In this document: in pieces, positions 1 through 8,488 of the stretch | Position numbering within the stretch: the first letter of the stretch is position 1 | Layout: every line of letters starts with the position of its first letter | Assembly: GCA_943328975.2 (NCBI GenBank) | Contig: CALQCC020000014.1 | Coordinates: forward strand, 15,445-79,444 | DNA length: 64,000 nucleotides | From: Bordetella parapertussis | Lineage (GTDB): Bacteria; Acidobacteriota; Terriglobia; Bryobacterales; Bryobacteraceae | Reading direction: 5' to 3' | Notes under the pieces: generated by a model | Told to the model about the DNA's origin: nothing | Databases searched by the model: none | Seen by the model: only the letters and a program-made list of their open reading frames with translations | Made by a program: the position numbers and the translations under genes

Positions 1-131
1 ATCAATCCGTCGACTTTGCGTGTGATCTCGGCCTGCTCCGCGTTGAGCGTTACGCGCTTTGCCAGTGCCCGGCGTTCCTCGGCATCTTGCTGCTGTTGCT
101 CTACGTTCTTACTTTCAAAACCTCTTGCCAC
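1..131 (-). CDS. Partial CDS (5' end only, runs off the left edge): charged/coiled-coil hypothetical protein with a putative GTG start at 131
   Basis: My own minus-strand translation from 131 reads VARGFESKNVEQQQQDAEERRALAKRVTLNAEQAEITRKVDGL and stays open to position 1. It lies 44 nt downstream of co-oriented gene 176..1084. A purine-rich AAGAGGG sits about 12 nt upstream. It is too short in-window to appear in the ORF track. Confidence 0.25.
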   Translation of the reverse strand, partial: MARGFESKNVEQQQQDAEERRALAKRVTLNAEQAEITRKVDGL

Positions 132-175
132 ATCTCTATTATACCCTCTTTGCGGCGGGCCTTGGCGCTCCACTG

Positions 176-1084
176 CTACTTCTTGGGCAGGAAGGCGTTC
201 TGTTGGCCGTACGGCAGGCTAACCATCAATGCGTCGATTTTGCGAATCTGTTCGTCTTTGATGCGGAACAATTCCGCGACGTCCACGGCAAAGGGGCGAG
301 TAGCGGCAGCACCCTGATCGTGGCGCGAGCCGTCGGGGTTCTTGGTCCACAGGATGTCGCCGGGGTGGTTGAACATGAAGAAGCCGAACACTAACTGGCG
401 TTCTTCGTCGACCACCAAGAAGCGGCGCGGGTAGATTTTCTGGATGTAGTCGAAGATCTTGGTGTCCAATTGGTCGGAGCAATTGGTCCCGCTCGTCTTC
501 ATGCCGTTCTCGAAACGCGCACAATCCGGGTGGAACGGAGCCACTTTACCGTTGCCCTGTTCGATGGCTTCGAAGTAGAGATTGGTGCGGGCGACCAGTT
601 CCGTGCGGGAGATGCGTTCCGCCGGGGGCACAGTTTCCAGCAGCACCGGATCGGGCGATTCCATTTCGATGCGTTGGGCCGTGGCGGCTCCGCGCAACAC
701 CAACGATTCGGCTTCGGAGATGCGGCGATTTTCGACTTTTAGGCGCAGCACGAACGTCGCGGGGCGGCCGTTTTCGCGGATGGTGCCGTAGAAGCCGACT
801 TGGCCTTGTTGCGGATCCGCGAAGTAGAGCTTGTAGGTGCCAAGTCCACTGGCGGTTTCCCACAACGCTTCGCCGAGTTTCAGTTCCACGTCGTTCTCGG
901 TGAAGCGTAAATCCTCGGTCACTTGGAGGCGCTGCGGTGCGTGCGCGACCAGCGCTTCCAGGTAGTTGTTTACGAAACCTTCCAGACACGTGCGGTCACA
1001 CGGGCCCGCGGGGCGCCCCGGTTGCGCCCAAGTGGTCGCAGCCGCCAGCATTCCGATTGCGGAGATGGTCAAGATACGTGGCAT
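176..1084 (-). CDS. Exported protein of unknown function (tandem paralog A)
   Basis: 302-aa ORF with signal peptide MPRILTISAIGMLAAATTWA. It shares CDRxCLEGFV..YL.ALVAH.P, YF.A.E.G......F.P.C.R.ENG and YPRR..VVDEERQ.VFGFFM blocks with 1094..2161. AGGGG RBS-like sequence upstream. Confidence 0.7.
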   Translation of the reverse strand: MPRILTISAIGMLAAATTWAQPGRPAGPCDRTCLEGFVNNYLEALVAHAPQRLQVTEDLRFTENDVELKLGEALWETASGLGTYKLYFADPQQGQVGFYGTIRENGRPATFVLRLKVENRRISEAESLVLRGAATAQRIEMESPDPVLLETVPPAERISRTELVARTNLYFEAIEQGNGKVAPFHPDCARFENGMKTSGTNCSDQLDTKIFDYIQKIYPRRFLVVDEERQLVFGFFMFNHPGDILWTKNPDGSRHDQGAAATRPFAVDVAELFRIKDEQIRKIDALMVSLPYGQQNAFLPKK

Positions 1085-1093
1085 GAGAAACCC

Positions 1094-2161
1094 CTATTTT
1101 TTCGCTCGACGCCAGTCGTCATTGAAGAACGGATTCGGGGTACCGTAGGGCACGGGCGCGGTCAGCGATTCCATTCTGCGGATGCGACCACCTATAACCT
1201 TGAAGACTTGCGCGACTTCCACGAAGCCGGGTTGCGAGTTTGCCTCAGAGAACTTGTACAGCCCCCGACCTGGGGAGTCGACCTGCGTCACATCGCCGGG
1301 TTGCTGGTGCATAAAGAAGCCGAACACGGTTTGCCGTTCTTCGTCGACCACCGGAATGCGGCGCGGGTAGACAACTTGGTAGTTGGATAATACTTTCGCG
1401 CTGATTTGGTCGGCGCAGCTCAAGGCGCGCGGGTCAACGGTTTTGGCGGGCAAATTCGGAGTAGGGTTGTTGGTCATCTGCACGCCGTTCTCAATCCGAT
1501 TGCACTGCGGATCAAATTGAGCCAGGCCCGCGTCGCCACGCTCCATCGCATCGAAGTAGGCGTTGGCCGCAGCGATCAATTGCTCGCGTGAACTGCGCTG
1601 CGTTTCCGCTTGTTTGAATACGGCGTCGGGAGCGCCCATCGCATCGAGGGCTGCTGCTCCTGTGAGCGGAGGCGTGGGACCTTTGGGGGCCGCCTTCGCA
1701 CCGCCCGGTCCACCCGGACCGCCCGGAGGATTCGATACCGTCACTAGCGTTTCAATTTCAGAAATCTTGCGATTGTCCAGCTTCAGTCGCAGCGCCAGCG
1801 TCGTCGGACGATCGTTCGCCAGCACTGTCCCCAGGAACGCTACTTGCTGGCTCTGCGGATCGGCCACGATCAATCGATACTTGCCGACTGCTGTAGTGAC
1901 GTTCCACAAGCCGTCGCCCAAATCGAGCAATTGATCGTTCTCGCTGAATTTAACGCGTGCGGCCAACGGCAATCCGCCGAACGGATTGTGCGCCACCAAT
2001 GCGTCCAGATACTGGTCGACGAAGCCTTCTAAACACGCGCGATCGCAAGGTGCGGGACCTTTGTCCTCCTTGCCTTTCGCTGCTCCCGGCCCACCTTGCG
2101 CAAACAATAAACCTACGCAGGCCGCCAGCGCGAAGCCGCAGCCGAAAACAGTCTTTCGCAT
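1094..2161 (-). CDS. Exported protein of unknown function (tandem paralog B, with a Gly/Pro-rich insertion)
   Basis: 355-aa ORF with signal peptide MRKTVFGCGFALAACVGLLFA. Same conserved blocks as 176..1084, plus an extra PPGGPGGPGGAKAAPKGPTPPLTG segment. 9-nt gap to the next gene. Confidence 0.7.
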   Translation of the reverse strand: MRKTVFGCGFALAACVGLLFAQGGPGAAKGKEDKGPAPCDRACLEGFVDQYLDALVAHNPFGGLPLAARVKFSENDQLLDLGDGLWNVTTAVGKYRLIVADPQSQQVAFLGTVLANDRPTTLALRLKLDNRKISEIETLVTVSNPPGGPGGPGGAKAAPKGPTPPLTGAAALDAMGAPDAVFKQAETQRSSREQLIAAANAYFDAMERGDAGLAQFDPQCNRIENGVQMTNNPTPNLPAKTVDPRALSCADQISAKVLSNYQVVYPRRIPVVDEERQTVFGFFMHQQPGDVTQVDSPGRGLYKFSEANSQPGFVEVAQVFKVIGGRIRRMESLTAPVPYGTPNPFFNDDWRRAKK

Positions 2162-2176
2162 ACGGCTCCTACGGTT

Positions 2177-3019
2177 TTATTTGGCGCGGCCCGCAGCCTT
2201 GTTCATGTGCGCCGGGTCGGGATTGTTTTCAATGCACTCGTACTCTTCCACGCGCACATCGATGGGGCGGCGGAAAATCGCTCCGGTATAGTACGGCTTT
2301 TCCAACGCTTCTTTGTCTTCGACCATGGTTTCAAAGCTGAGTGAGCCGTCGGTGTTCAGCGTGTACTTCTCCACCACGTGCATGGCTTCAGAATGAATGG
2401 AGCTTGCTCCCGCGATCCAGCTCTTGTCGTTGAAGCCGATGGTGTCGACGACAAACGTGTCGCCTTCCCAGCGGCCCACCGAATCTCCCATCCAAGTGGG
2501 CACCAGATCGTCCGGGTGTTTCAAGTTCGCGTCGATCGGAATGCGGCGCCATGCGCGGAACGCCTCATGCAGGATCACCACTTGTTTGGGCGTCTGCACG
2601 ATTTCGAGCGGCATCGGCATGGTGGAGATGCGCGGCACGCCGGGCAGCAGACAGAACAGCGTGGGATCGTCGAGCGCTGCGTCGATCGGTTTCCGTTTGG
2701 CTTCCCAGGCAGGCTTGTAGACGAGCGGTTCCCGGCGGATGGGATGCGCATCAATCGGAGGCAACGGCTTCAAAGGAGGCGCGCCGTCTTCGCCGGTGAT
2801 GCTAACTCCGCCGCTTTGCCACGTCCCTGTGAGATCCGGCTTGCCGTCCGCAGTGCGCGGGATGGGAGCGTGGACCACATTCGGATTAGGTCCCTTCTCC
2901 GCAGTCTTCCCCTTGCCTTGTCCTTTTGCCTGCCCTTGTCCCGAGGCCGGTGAAACCAGTAGCAGCGCCGCCATGGCAGCCGTTCCCAATACGAGTGAAG
3001 TCCCGATGCGCGTAGTCAT
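2177..3019 (-). CDS. Exported protein of unknown function, paralog of 13781..14548
   Basis: 280-aa ORF with a signal peptide and a GQGQAKGQGKGK linker. It shares PR..DGK.D..G, CL..GVPRI, W.G.S.G.W..DT.VVDT.GFNDK.W and H..EKYT blocks with 13781..14548. It lies 15 nt downstream of 3035..3424. Confidence 0.75.
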   Translation of the reverse strand: MTTRIGTSLVLGTAAMAALLLVSPASGQGQAKGQGKGKTAEKGPNPNVVHAPIPRTADGKPDLTGTWQSGGVSITGEDGAPPLKPLPPIDAHPIRREPLVYKPAWEAKRKPIDAALDDPTLFCLLPGVPRISTMPMPLEIVQTPKQVVILHEAFRAWRRIPIDANLKHPDDLVPTWMGDSVGRWEGDTFVVDTIGFNDKSWIAGASSIHSEAMHVVEKYTLNTDGSLSFETMVEDKEALEKPYYTGAIFRRPIDVRVEEYECIENNPDPAHMNKAAGRAK

Positions 3020-3034
3020 AATGATCCTCAGTCG

Positions 3035-3424
3035 TTAGCGACCGACAGGTCCGGCGAACTTCTTCGAGCCATCGGGGAAAGTGATTTCGCGCCCCGCGCC
3101 CGTGTTCGTTCCATCTTTTGCTTTGTAAGCAGTGATGGTGATGGTGTCGCCTTCCTTCAAGATGGCGCGCGGGAATCCAGTGCGCTTCAGCGTGTTGGGC
3201 GGGTACCCTTCCAGCGACCAGGCCGTGACTTTTCCGGCCGTGTCCTTAACGTCCACATGGATGTAGATATGTGGATTGGTCCAATCCACTTTGCTGATCT
3301 TGCCGGTCAGCGTCACCATGGTGTTCGAATCGTACTCAGCGGCGAACGAGTGGTGCGCGCTCACCGGAGCGGTGCTGGCAAGCATCCCGACCAAGCTCAA
3401 GAGGCCCAGATATTTCAATCGCAT
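3035..3424 (-). CDS. Small exported protein, DUF6152-like (family name from memory); predicted mature N-terminus HHSF
   Basis: The ATG at 3424 gives MRLKYLGLLSLVGMLASTAPVSA|HHSFAAEYD... The track ORF's longer N-terminus (to 3520) is Arg-rich and overlaps divergent gene 3550... About 45-50% identical by eye to 13328..13771. Confidence 0.75.
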   Translation of the reverse strand: MRLKYLGLLSLVGMLASTAPVSAHHSFAAEYDSNTMVTLTGKISKVDWTNPHIYIHVDVKDTAGKVTAWSLEGYPPNTLKRTGFPRAILKEGDTITITAYKAKDGTNTGAGREITFPDGSKKFAGPVGR

Positions 3425-3549
3425 AGACAGTTCTCCTACGGCGCTGGCTGGCCGATCACGGAGCCGCGCTCGGCAAGTATCGTACCGCGCGGCCGTGGCT
3501 GTGTCAATCCCGGATGCCAACTCTTGTATACTGGCCCAAGGTATCCACT

Positions 3550-4239
3550 ATGAATATTTTCAACCACGTTCGTTCGATCAAGTTTCTCCGCGTTGCGTCG
3601 CCCGTCTTCGCGCTCGCTCTTCTCGCGGCTCTTCCCGCGACCCCGCAGGGTAAAGGCAAAGCTGGAGGCGGCGACAACGATCCCGACCGCGTCATCACCG
3701 GCGGCGGTCTCCCCGCTGGCTGGGCTGCTCGCCCCGACCGCGGCACTGCCGATCAGGAAAAAGTAACCGAAGCCGGTGGCGTAATCCACTTCGTGATGGG
3801 ACCCGCCGCCACCTTCTACAACAGCACTTGGACCAAGACCGGCGACTACAAGTACTCCGCCCGCGTCACCCAGGTGAAGCCTCCCAGCCACCCGACCTCT
3901 TATGGAATCATGGTCGGCGGTAAGGATTTGGCTGCTGCGACTCAGACCTACACCTACTTCCTGGTGCGCGGCGCCGGCGAATATTTCATCTCGAATCGTG
4001 AAGGCGCGACCACTGCGACCCAGGTCAACTGGACCGCTCACCCGGCCGTTGTGAAGCAGGGTGCGGATGGCAAGCAAGCGAACTTGCTCGGAGTTGAAGT
4101 AAAGGGCGCGGACGCGATCTTCACGGTCAACGGTACGGAAGTGAAGCGCTTGCCCAAAGCCAGCCTGCACGTGGATGGCATCGTCGGAATCCGCATCGGA
4201 CACAACTTCGATGTCGACGTGGACCAAATTACGCGGTAA
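3550..4239 (+). CDS. Exported concanavalin/LamG-like (DUF1080-like) protein
   Basis: The ATG at 3550 gives MNIFNHVRSIKFLRVASPVFALALLAALPATPQG, a signal peptide. The body has a beta-sandwich lectin-like pattern (YKYSARV..., GIMVGG, YFLVRG.GEY, VDGIVGIRIGHN). The family call is tentative. Confidence 0.65.
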   Translation: MNIFNHVRSIKFLRVASPVFALALLAALPATPQGKGKAGGGDNDPDRVITGGGLPAGWAARPDRGTADQEKVTEAGGVIHFVMGPAATFYNSTWTKTGDYKYSARVTQVKPPSHPTSYGIMVGGKDLAAATQTYTYFLVRGAGEYFISNREGATTATQVNWTAHPAVVKQGADGKQANLLGVEVKGADAIFTVNGTEVKRLPKASLHVDGIVGIRIGHNFDVDVDQITR

Positions 4240-4256
4240 GTAGTTTTTCGGAAAGC

Positions 4257-4299
4257 ACGGGCGGTCGGGTTCGATGATTGGAACCGGCCGCCCGTTTTG
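4257..4299. terminator. Hairpin between convergent genes (candidate bidirectional intrinsic terminator)
   Basis: ACGGGCGGTCGG ... CCGGCCGCCCGT inverted repeat followed by TTTTGCGTTT, sitting between the 3' ends of 3550..4239 (+) and 4303..4740 (-). Confidence 0.5.
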
Positions 4300-4302
4300 C
4301 GT

Positions 4303-4740
4303 TTACGGGTGGATCACTTTCACCATGTAGTACATGATGGGGGTCTTCACTTCCTTGAACCAATGCGGCAGGCCGGCGGGGATGGTGATGATGTCGCCTT
4401 TGGTCAAGTGGTGGGTCACGCCGCCCTGGATATCGGTGCCGAGCAACTGTCCGGGGCGGCTCTCTTTTCCGCCGATCATGGTGCCGCCGGTGACGAACGT
4501 GGCTTCGCCTTCGGTGATGTAGAAGGTGTCTGTCTCTTTGAGGTGAACCTCGACTTGTCCGGCTGCGGTGCGCTTTAGCACGGAGGCCGTGAAGTCGTCG
4601 CCTTTGGCCAGCGCCCCACCTTTGGCGAAGGTGGCGGCGACCTTGTCGTGATCGACGTAGGTTGCCGCCGCAGGTCCTGCCGCGGTGACTACCAATGCGG
4701 CGCTCGCCAGGACTGCGGCGAAGATTACGAGTTTCTTCAT
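4303..4740 (-). CDS. Exported cupin-fold protein
   Basis: The ATG at 4740 is preceded by AAGGAG at 6-nt spacing. Signal peptide MKKLVIFAAVLASAALVVTAAG. Cupin motif-2-like KGDIITIPAGLPHWF. Motif 1 appears degenerate (a single His). Confidence 0.75.
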   Translation of the reverse strand: MKKLVIFAAVLASAALVVTAAGPAAATYVDHDKVAATFAKGGALAKGDDFTASVLKRTAAGQVEVHLKETDTFYITEGEATFVTGGTMIGGKESRPGQLLGTDIQGGVTHHLTKGDIITIPAGLPHWFKEVKTPIMYYMVKVIHP

Positions 4741-4750
4741 GGAGGGCTCC

Positions 4751-6091
4751 TTATGCAATCGTGAGGGGATCAGGCCGCAGTGGGCCGGTGCTGTCGCCGA
4801 ACTTCTCCATCGGTACGCCCACTTTGTCGAGCATGGTGACCAGGAGGTTGGACATCGGCGTGTTCTCGGGATAGTTCAAGTGGTGGCCAGTCTTGATCTG
4901 GCCGTTCAGCTTGCCGAGCAACAGGCACGGCAGATCGAAGTGGCGATGCAGATTTCCGTTGCCCATGCCGCCGCCGTAGAGGATGAGGCTGTGATCCAGG
5001 AGAGTGCCGTCGCCATCCTGCGTGGCCTGCAACTTCTTTAGGAAGTGTGTGAACAGCAGCACGTTGTAGGTGTCGATCTTGGCTTTCTTGGCAATCAGTT
5101 CCGGATCGTTACGATGATGCGAGACGGCATGGTGGCCGTCGGTGACGCCGATGTTCGGGTAGGTGCGCGAGCTGAGTTCGCGGCACATCACCATGCTGAA
5201 GACGCGCGTGATGTCGGCCTGGAACGCCAGCGCTTGCAGGTCGAACATCAGCTTCACGTGTTCTTCGTAGGATTCGGGAATGTCGATGGGGCGTTCGGGC
5301 AGCTCGATCGCTTGCGCGCTGCTGGATTCGGTGGCGTGAATCCGCTGCTCCATCTCGCGTACGGACTCCATGTATTCGGTGAGCTTGGAGCGGTCGCCGG
5401 GGCCGAGGGTATTCGCGAGGCGTCCGACTTCTTTGGTCACGGAGTCCAGAATGCTGCCGGTGTTTTTGGCCTGCGCGCGACGTTGGGCTGCGTCGCCGCC
5501 GTCGCCGAAGAGACGTTCAAAGATGACCCGCGGCTGCATTTCCGCTGGATTCGGAGTTGTTTCGCTGCGCCAGGAAACCGTGTTGACGTAGAAGCAATCG
5601 CCCGAATCGCAGGCCGCTTGCGTAGGTCCATCGACGGACATTTCGATGGAGGGGATCTGTGTTCCTTTGCCGATGTGCCGTGCGGCGATTTGGTCCGCGG
5701 TGGTGGCCAGTCGCACCTCAACGCCGGGTTTCGTGCGGTCATAGGCGTGAACGCCGCTCAACCAGACAGCCGACGCGCGAGGATGATCGCCCGTGCCGTC
5801 ACCGAAGGTATCGGCTTGCAGGTGTGCGAGTCCGCTCAGAATGTTCAACTGGCTCTTGAACGACTCGAGCGGTTTGAGGATCGGGGGGAGATCGAATTGC
5901 GTGCCGGTAGTCGTGGGATTCCACTGTTCCTGAATGACGCCGTTCGCGATGTAGATGAAGCCCATGCGCGGCGGAGCGGTCGTCTTCGCCGTCAGCGCCG
6001 GGGCCATCGCGTCGAGGAACGGCAATGCGAGCGTCGTGCCCAGACCTCGCAGGAACGTGCGCCGAGGAAGTGATTTTCTGGTGACGAACAT
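4751..6091 (-). CDS. DUF1552 family protein with a Tat-type signal
   Basis: The N-terminus MFVTRKSLPRRTFLRGLGTTLALPFLDAM is the characteristic DUF1552 start. 446 aa, immediately downstream of its usual DUF1592-type partner. Confidence 0.85.
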   Translation of the reverse strand: MFVTRKSLPRRTFLRGLGTTLALPFLDAMAPALTAKTTAPPRMGFIYIANGVIQEQWNPTTTGTQFDLPPILKPLESFKSQLNILSGLAHLQADTFGDGTGDHPRASAVWLSGVHAYDRTKPGVEVRLATTADQIAARHIGKGTQIPSIEMSVDGPTQAACDSGDCFYVNTVSWRSETTPNPAEMQPRVIFERLFGDGGDAAQRRAQAKNTGSILDSVTKEVGRLANTLGPGDRSKLTEYMESVREMEQRIHATESSSAQAIELPERPIDIPESYEEHVKLMFDLQALAFQADITRVFSMVMCRELSSRTYPNIGVTDGHHAVSHHRNDPELIAKKAKIDTYNVLLFTHFLKKLQATQDGDGTLLDHSLILYGGGMGNGNLHRHFDLPCLLLGKLNGQIKTGHHLNYPENTPMSNLLVTMLDKVGVPMEKFGDSTGPLRPDPLTIA

Positions 6092-6100
6092 ACGGACTCC

Positions 6101-8452
6101 TTAATTATTGCCCTTGGCCTGTCGCATCTGGAAGGGTGCGCTCTTCATGATCCCTACTACCAGAGAAGAGAACTTGTAGTTGTCGCGCGCCGAGCCGCGA
6201 ACCACCGCGCGAATCGCCGGAGCATCGAAATACTGCACGTTGCGTCCGGTGGAATACATGAGTAGCTTCTCCACCACGGTCGATACGAATTGTTCCGGCT
6301 GACGAACCAGGGCTTGCTTCAAGCCCGTCACGCCTTCAATCTTGGTTCCGTCCGGCAATACGCCGGAGACGTTGATCGGTTGGTCGCTGTCACGCTCACG
6401 CCAGTGTCCGATGGCGTCGAAGTTCTCCAACGCGAATCCGATAGGATCCATTCGCGAGTGGCAGCCCATGCAAGCCGGGCTGGCGCGATGCAGTACCATT
6501 GCCTCCCGCATGGAGAGTGTCTTGCCAGTCTGTTCCGCTTCGGTCTTGAGCGCTGGAACGTTCGGGGGCGGGGGAGGCGGCGCGGCGTTGAGCAGGTTCT
6601 CCAAGACCCACTTGCCGCGGACCACAGGAGACGTGCGCGCCGCGTAAGAGGTCAGCATCAGAATGCTGCCTTGTCCGAGCAATCCGCCGCGCGGGTTGCC
6701 TTCCGGGAAGGTGACGCGACGATAGTAACTTCCCGCGATGTTGGGGACCCCGTAATGTTTGGCCAGTCGCTCATTCAGGAATGTGTAGTTCGCGGACAGC
6801 AGTTCCAGCACGCTGCGATTCTCGCGCAGGACGCTGTCTAGGAACAGCTCGGTTTCCCGCCGGAACGCCATGCGCAGAGTCTCGTCAAAATCGGGGAAGA
6901 GAAGTTCGTCCGGCTGCTTGGCGTCGACGTCGCGTAGGAACAGCCACTGGGTCGCGAAGTTGTTGACCATCGATTCTGACCGCTTATCGGCCAGCATGCG
7001 GCGCACTTGTTGTTCCAAGACCACCGGGCTCTTCAACTTTCCGGCGATCGCGAGGTCAAGAAGTTCATCGTCCGGAATGCTGCTCCACAATGCGAAGGAA
7101 AGGCGCGAGGCGAGTTCCAGGTCGCTGACGCGGAACGTTGTTCCCGGCTTCGCGTTGGACGGTTCGCGTTCAATGCGAAACAGGAATTGGGGGCTGATCA
7201 AGGTGCGCTCCAACGCGCGTTGAATCCCGAGGTCGAAATTGCTCTCTGCCCGACCCGCTGTGTAGAAGGTGAGTATGTCTTCTAGATCCGCATCCACAAC
7301 GGGATGCCGATAGGCCCGTCGCAACAGCGTGGAGAGGATCTTCTTGGCGCAGGGCAATTCTTCCGCTGCGGTGGCGGGCTTGCAAATGAAGATGCGGCTG
7401 CGGCTGGGCGTTTCGCCGGGACCCTTAGGATCGTACGGACCCGAAATTAAAACGCCGGCGATCGCAGGTTGCGAGCCTCTGGCGCGCATCCTAGGCCGAA
7501 GCGTGGATTCGTCGCGGGCCTGATTGCGTTCGACGAACGTTACGCCGATGAGCCTGGGTCCGGCTTTTACAGGAATGCGGAACTCGGTAGGCTTGGCCGT
7601 TGCACCGCGGCCACCAGCACCACCACCAACCGCTAGGGACTGGGCGTGGTCGCCATCGACAGTGATCTCGAGTTCATGCTGCTCGCGGCCACCACCGGCG
7701 ACATCCACTTTGATCTCATACTCGCCATCCTGCGGAAAATCGCTGTGGATTGCGATGCCGCCGCGCGTGCCGAAGGGCAACTCTTCGACGCGGGCGTCCT
7801 GCCAATGTTCCGCGGACAAGCGATAGGTGCTAGCCAACAGCGGCGCCTTCGGATCCCCGACCGCGAGGCGGCTGATCTTGCGCGCTGCGTCCAGATAACG
7901 CTCCATGATGGTGGGCGACATGAAGAGAAGGTCCGCCAGGTTGTCGAAGCCGCTGCTCACGTTGTCCGCGGGCAGCAGCAGCGAATAGTCGATCTCTCTG
8001 GGCAGTGCGTCGAGCGCGAGCAGGTCGCGGATGGAGTTCTGATATTCGGTTCGCGTCAGCCGATGCAATAACGGCAGTGTTCCAGGACTCGGCTTGGCCG
8101 CCGCCGCCCGATCGAGCGCAGTCTCCAGGAACGAAGCCGTGGCCTCATAGGTCGCGCTGTTCGGACGCGGCGAGCCCGAAGGCGGCATCGCACCGGAGCG
8201 AAGCTTGCGCACCACCTTTTCCCAGACCTCGGCATGCCCGCTGATATCGTTCAAGTTCGCCGGGTCCAATACGAAGTCGCCGATCTTCAGCCGAGCGTTG
8301 TGGCATCCAACGCAGTATTGGTTGAACACTGCGGCCTGTGGTGGCGGTGGTGGCGTCTGAGACTGAACAACCGTCGCCACGCCCAGCACCACTGCCGCAG
8401 CAGTCAGCCCAAACCCCAAACGTTTCCTATAGTTAGTGCTCACGAAATCCAC
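6101..8452 (-). CDS. DUF1592/DUF1588/DUF1585-type multidomain protein with two CxxCH motifs (planctomycete-cytochrome-like PSCyt/PSD family)
   Basis: 783 aa with a signal peptide. N-terminal FNQYCVGCHN and C-terminal ACMGCHSRMDPIGFALENFDAIG. Its size and its pairing with DUF1552 are typical of this family. Confidence 0.85.
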   Translation of the reverse strand: MDFVSTNYRKRLGFGLTAAAVVLGVATVVQSQTPPPPPQAAVFNQYCVGCHNARLKIGDFVLDPANLNDISGHAEVWEKVVRKLRSGAMPPSGSPRPNSATYEATASFLETALDRAAAAKPSPGTLPLLHRLTRTEYQNSIRDLLALDALPREIDYSLLLPADNVSSGFDNLADLLFMSPTIMERYLDAARKISRLAVGDPKAPLLASTYRLSAEHWQDARVEELPFGTRGGIAIHSDFPQDGEYEIKVDVAGGGREQHELEITVDGDHAQSLAVGGGAGGRGATAKPTEFRIPVKAGPRLIGVTFVERNQARDESTLRPRMRARGSQPAIAGVLISGPYDPKGPGETPSRSRIFICKPATAAEELPCAKKILSTLLRRAYRHPVVDADLEDILTFYTAGRAESNFDLGIQRALERTLISPQFLFRIEREPSNAKPGTTFRVSDLELASRLSFALWSSIPDDELLDLAIAGKLKSPVVLEQQVRRMLADKRSESMVNNFATQWLFLRDVDAKQPDELLFPDFDETLRMAFRRETELFLDSVLRENRSVLELLSANYTFLNERLAKHYGVPNIAGSYYRRVTFPEGNPRGGLLGQGSILMLTSYAARTSPVVRGKWVLENLLNAAPPPPPPNVPALKTEAEQTGKTLSMREAMVLHRASPACMGCHSRMDPIGFALENFDAIGHWRERDSDQPINVSGVLPDGTKIEGVTGLKQALVRQPEQFVSTVVEKLLMYSTGRNVQYFDAPAIRAVVRGSARDNYKFSSLVVGIMKSAPFQMRQAKGNN

Positions 8453-8488
8453 GCTTATTATATGCCCCCGTTCCTATGGGGGCAATCG

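Noticed and set aside
3436-4227. Long ORFs antisense to, or off-frame within, confident genes. Examples: 3436..4227(-), 5045..6073(+), 17862..18665(-), 20983..21840(-), 25154..25999(-), 25908..26633(-), 39871..40596(+), 48815..49681(-), 49698..50627(-), 51178..52086(+), 55804..56932(+), 57752..58660(+).
   Set aside because: They overlap genes with clear family signatures. Their translations are Arg/Ala/Gly/His-rich with no motifs, which is typical of stop-codon-poor alternative frames in ~60% GC DNA.
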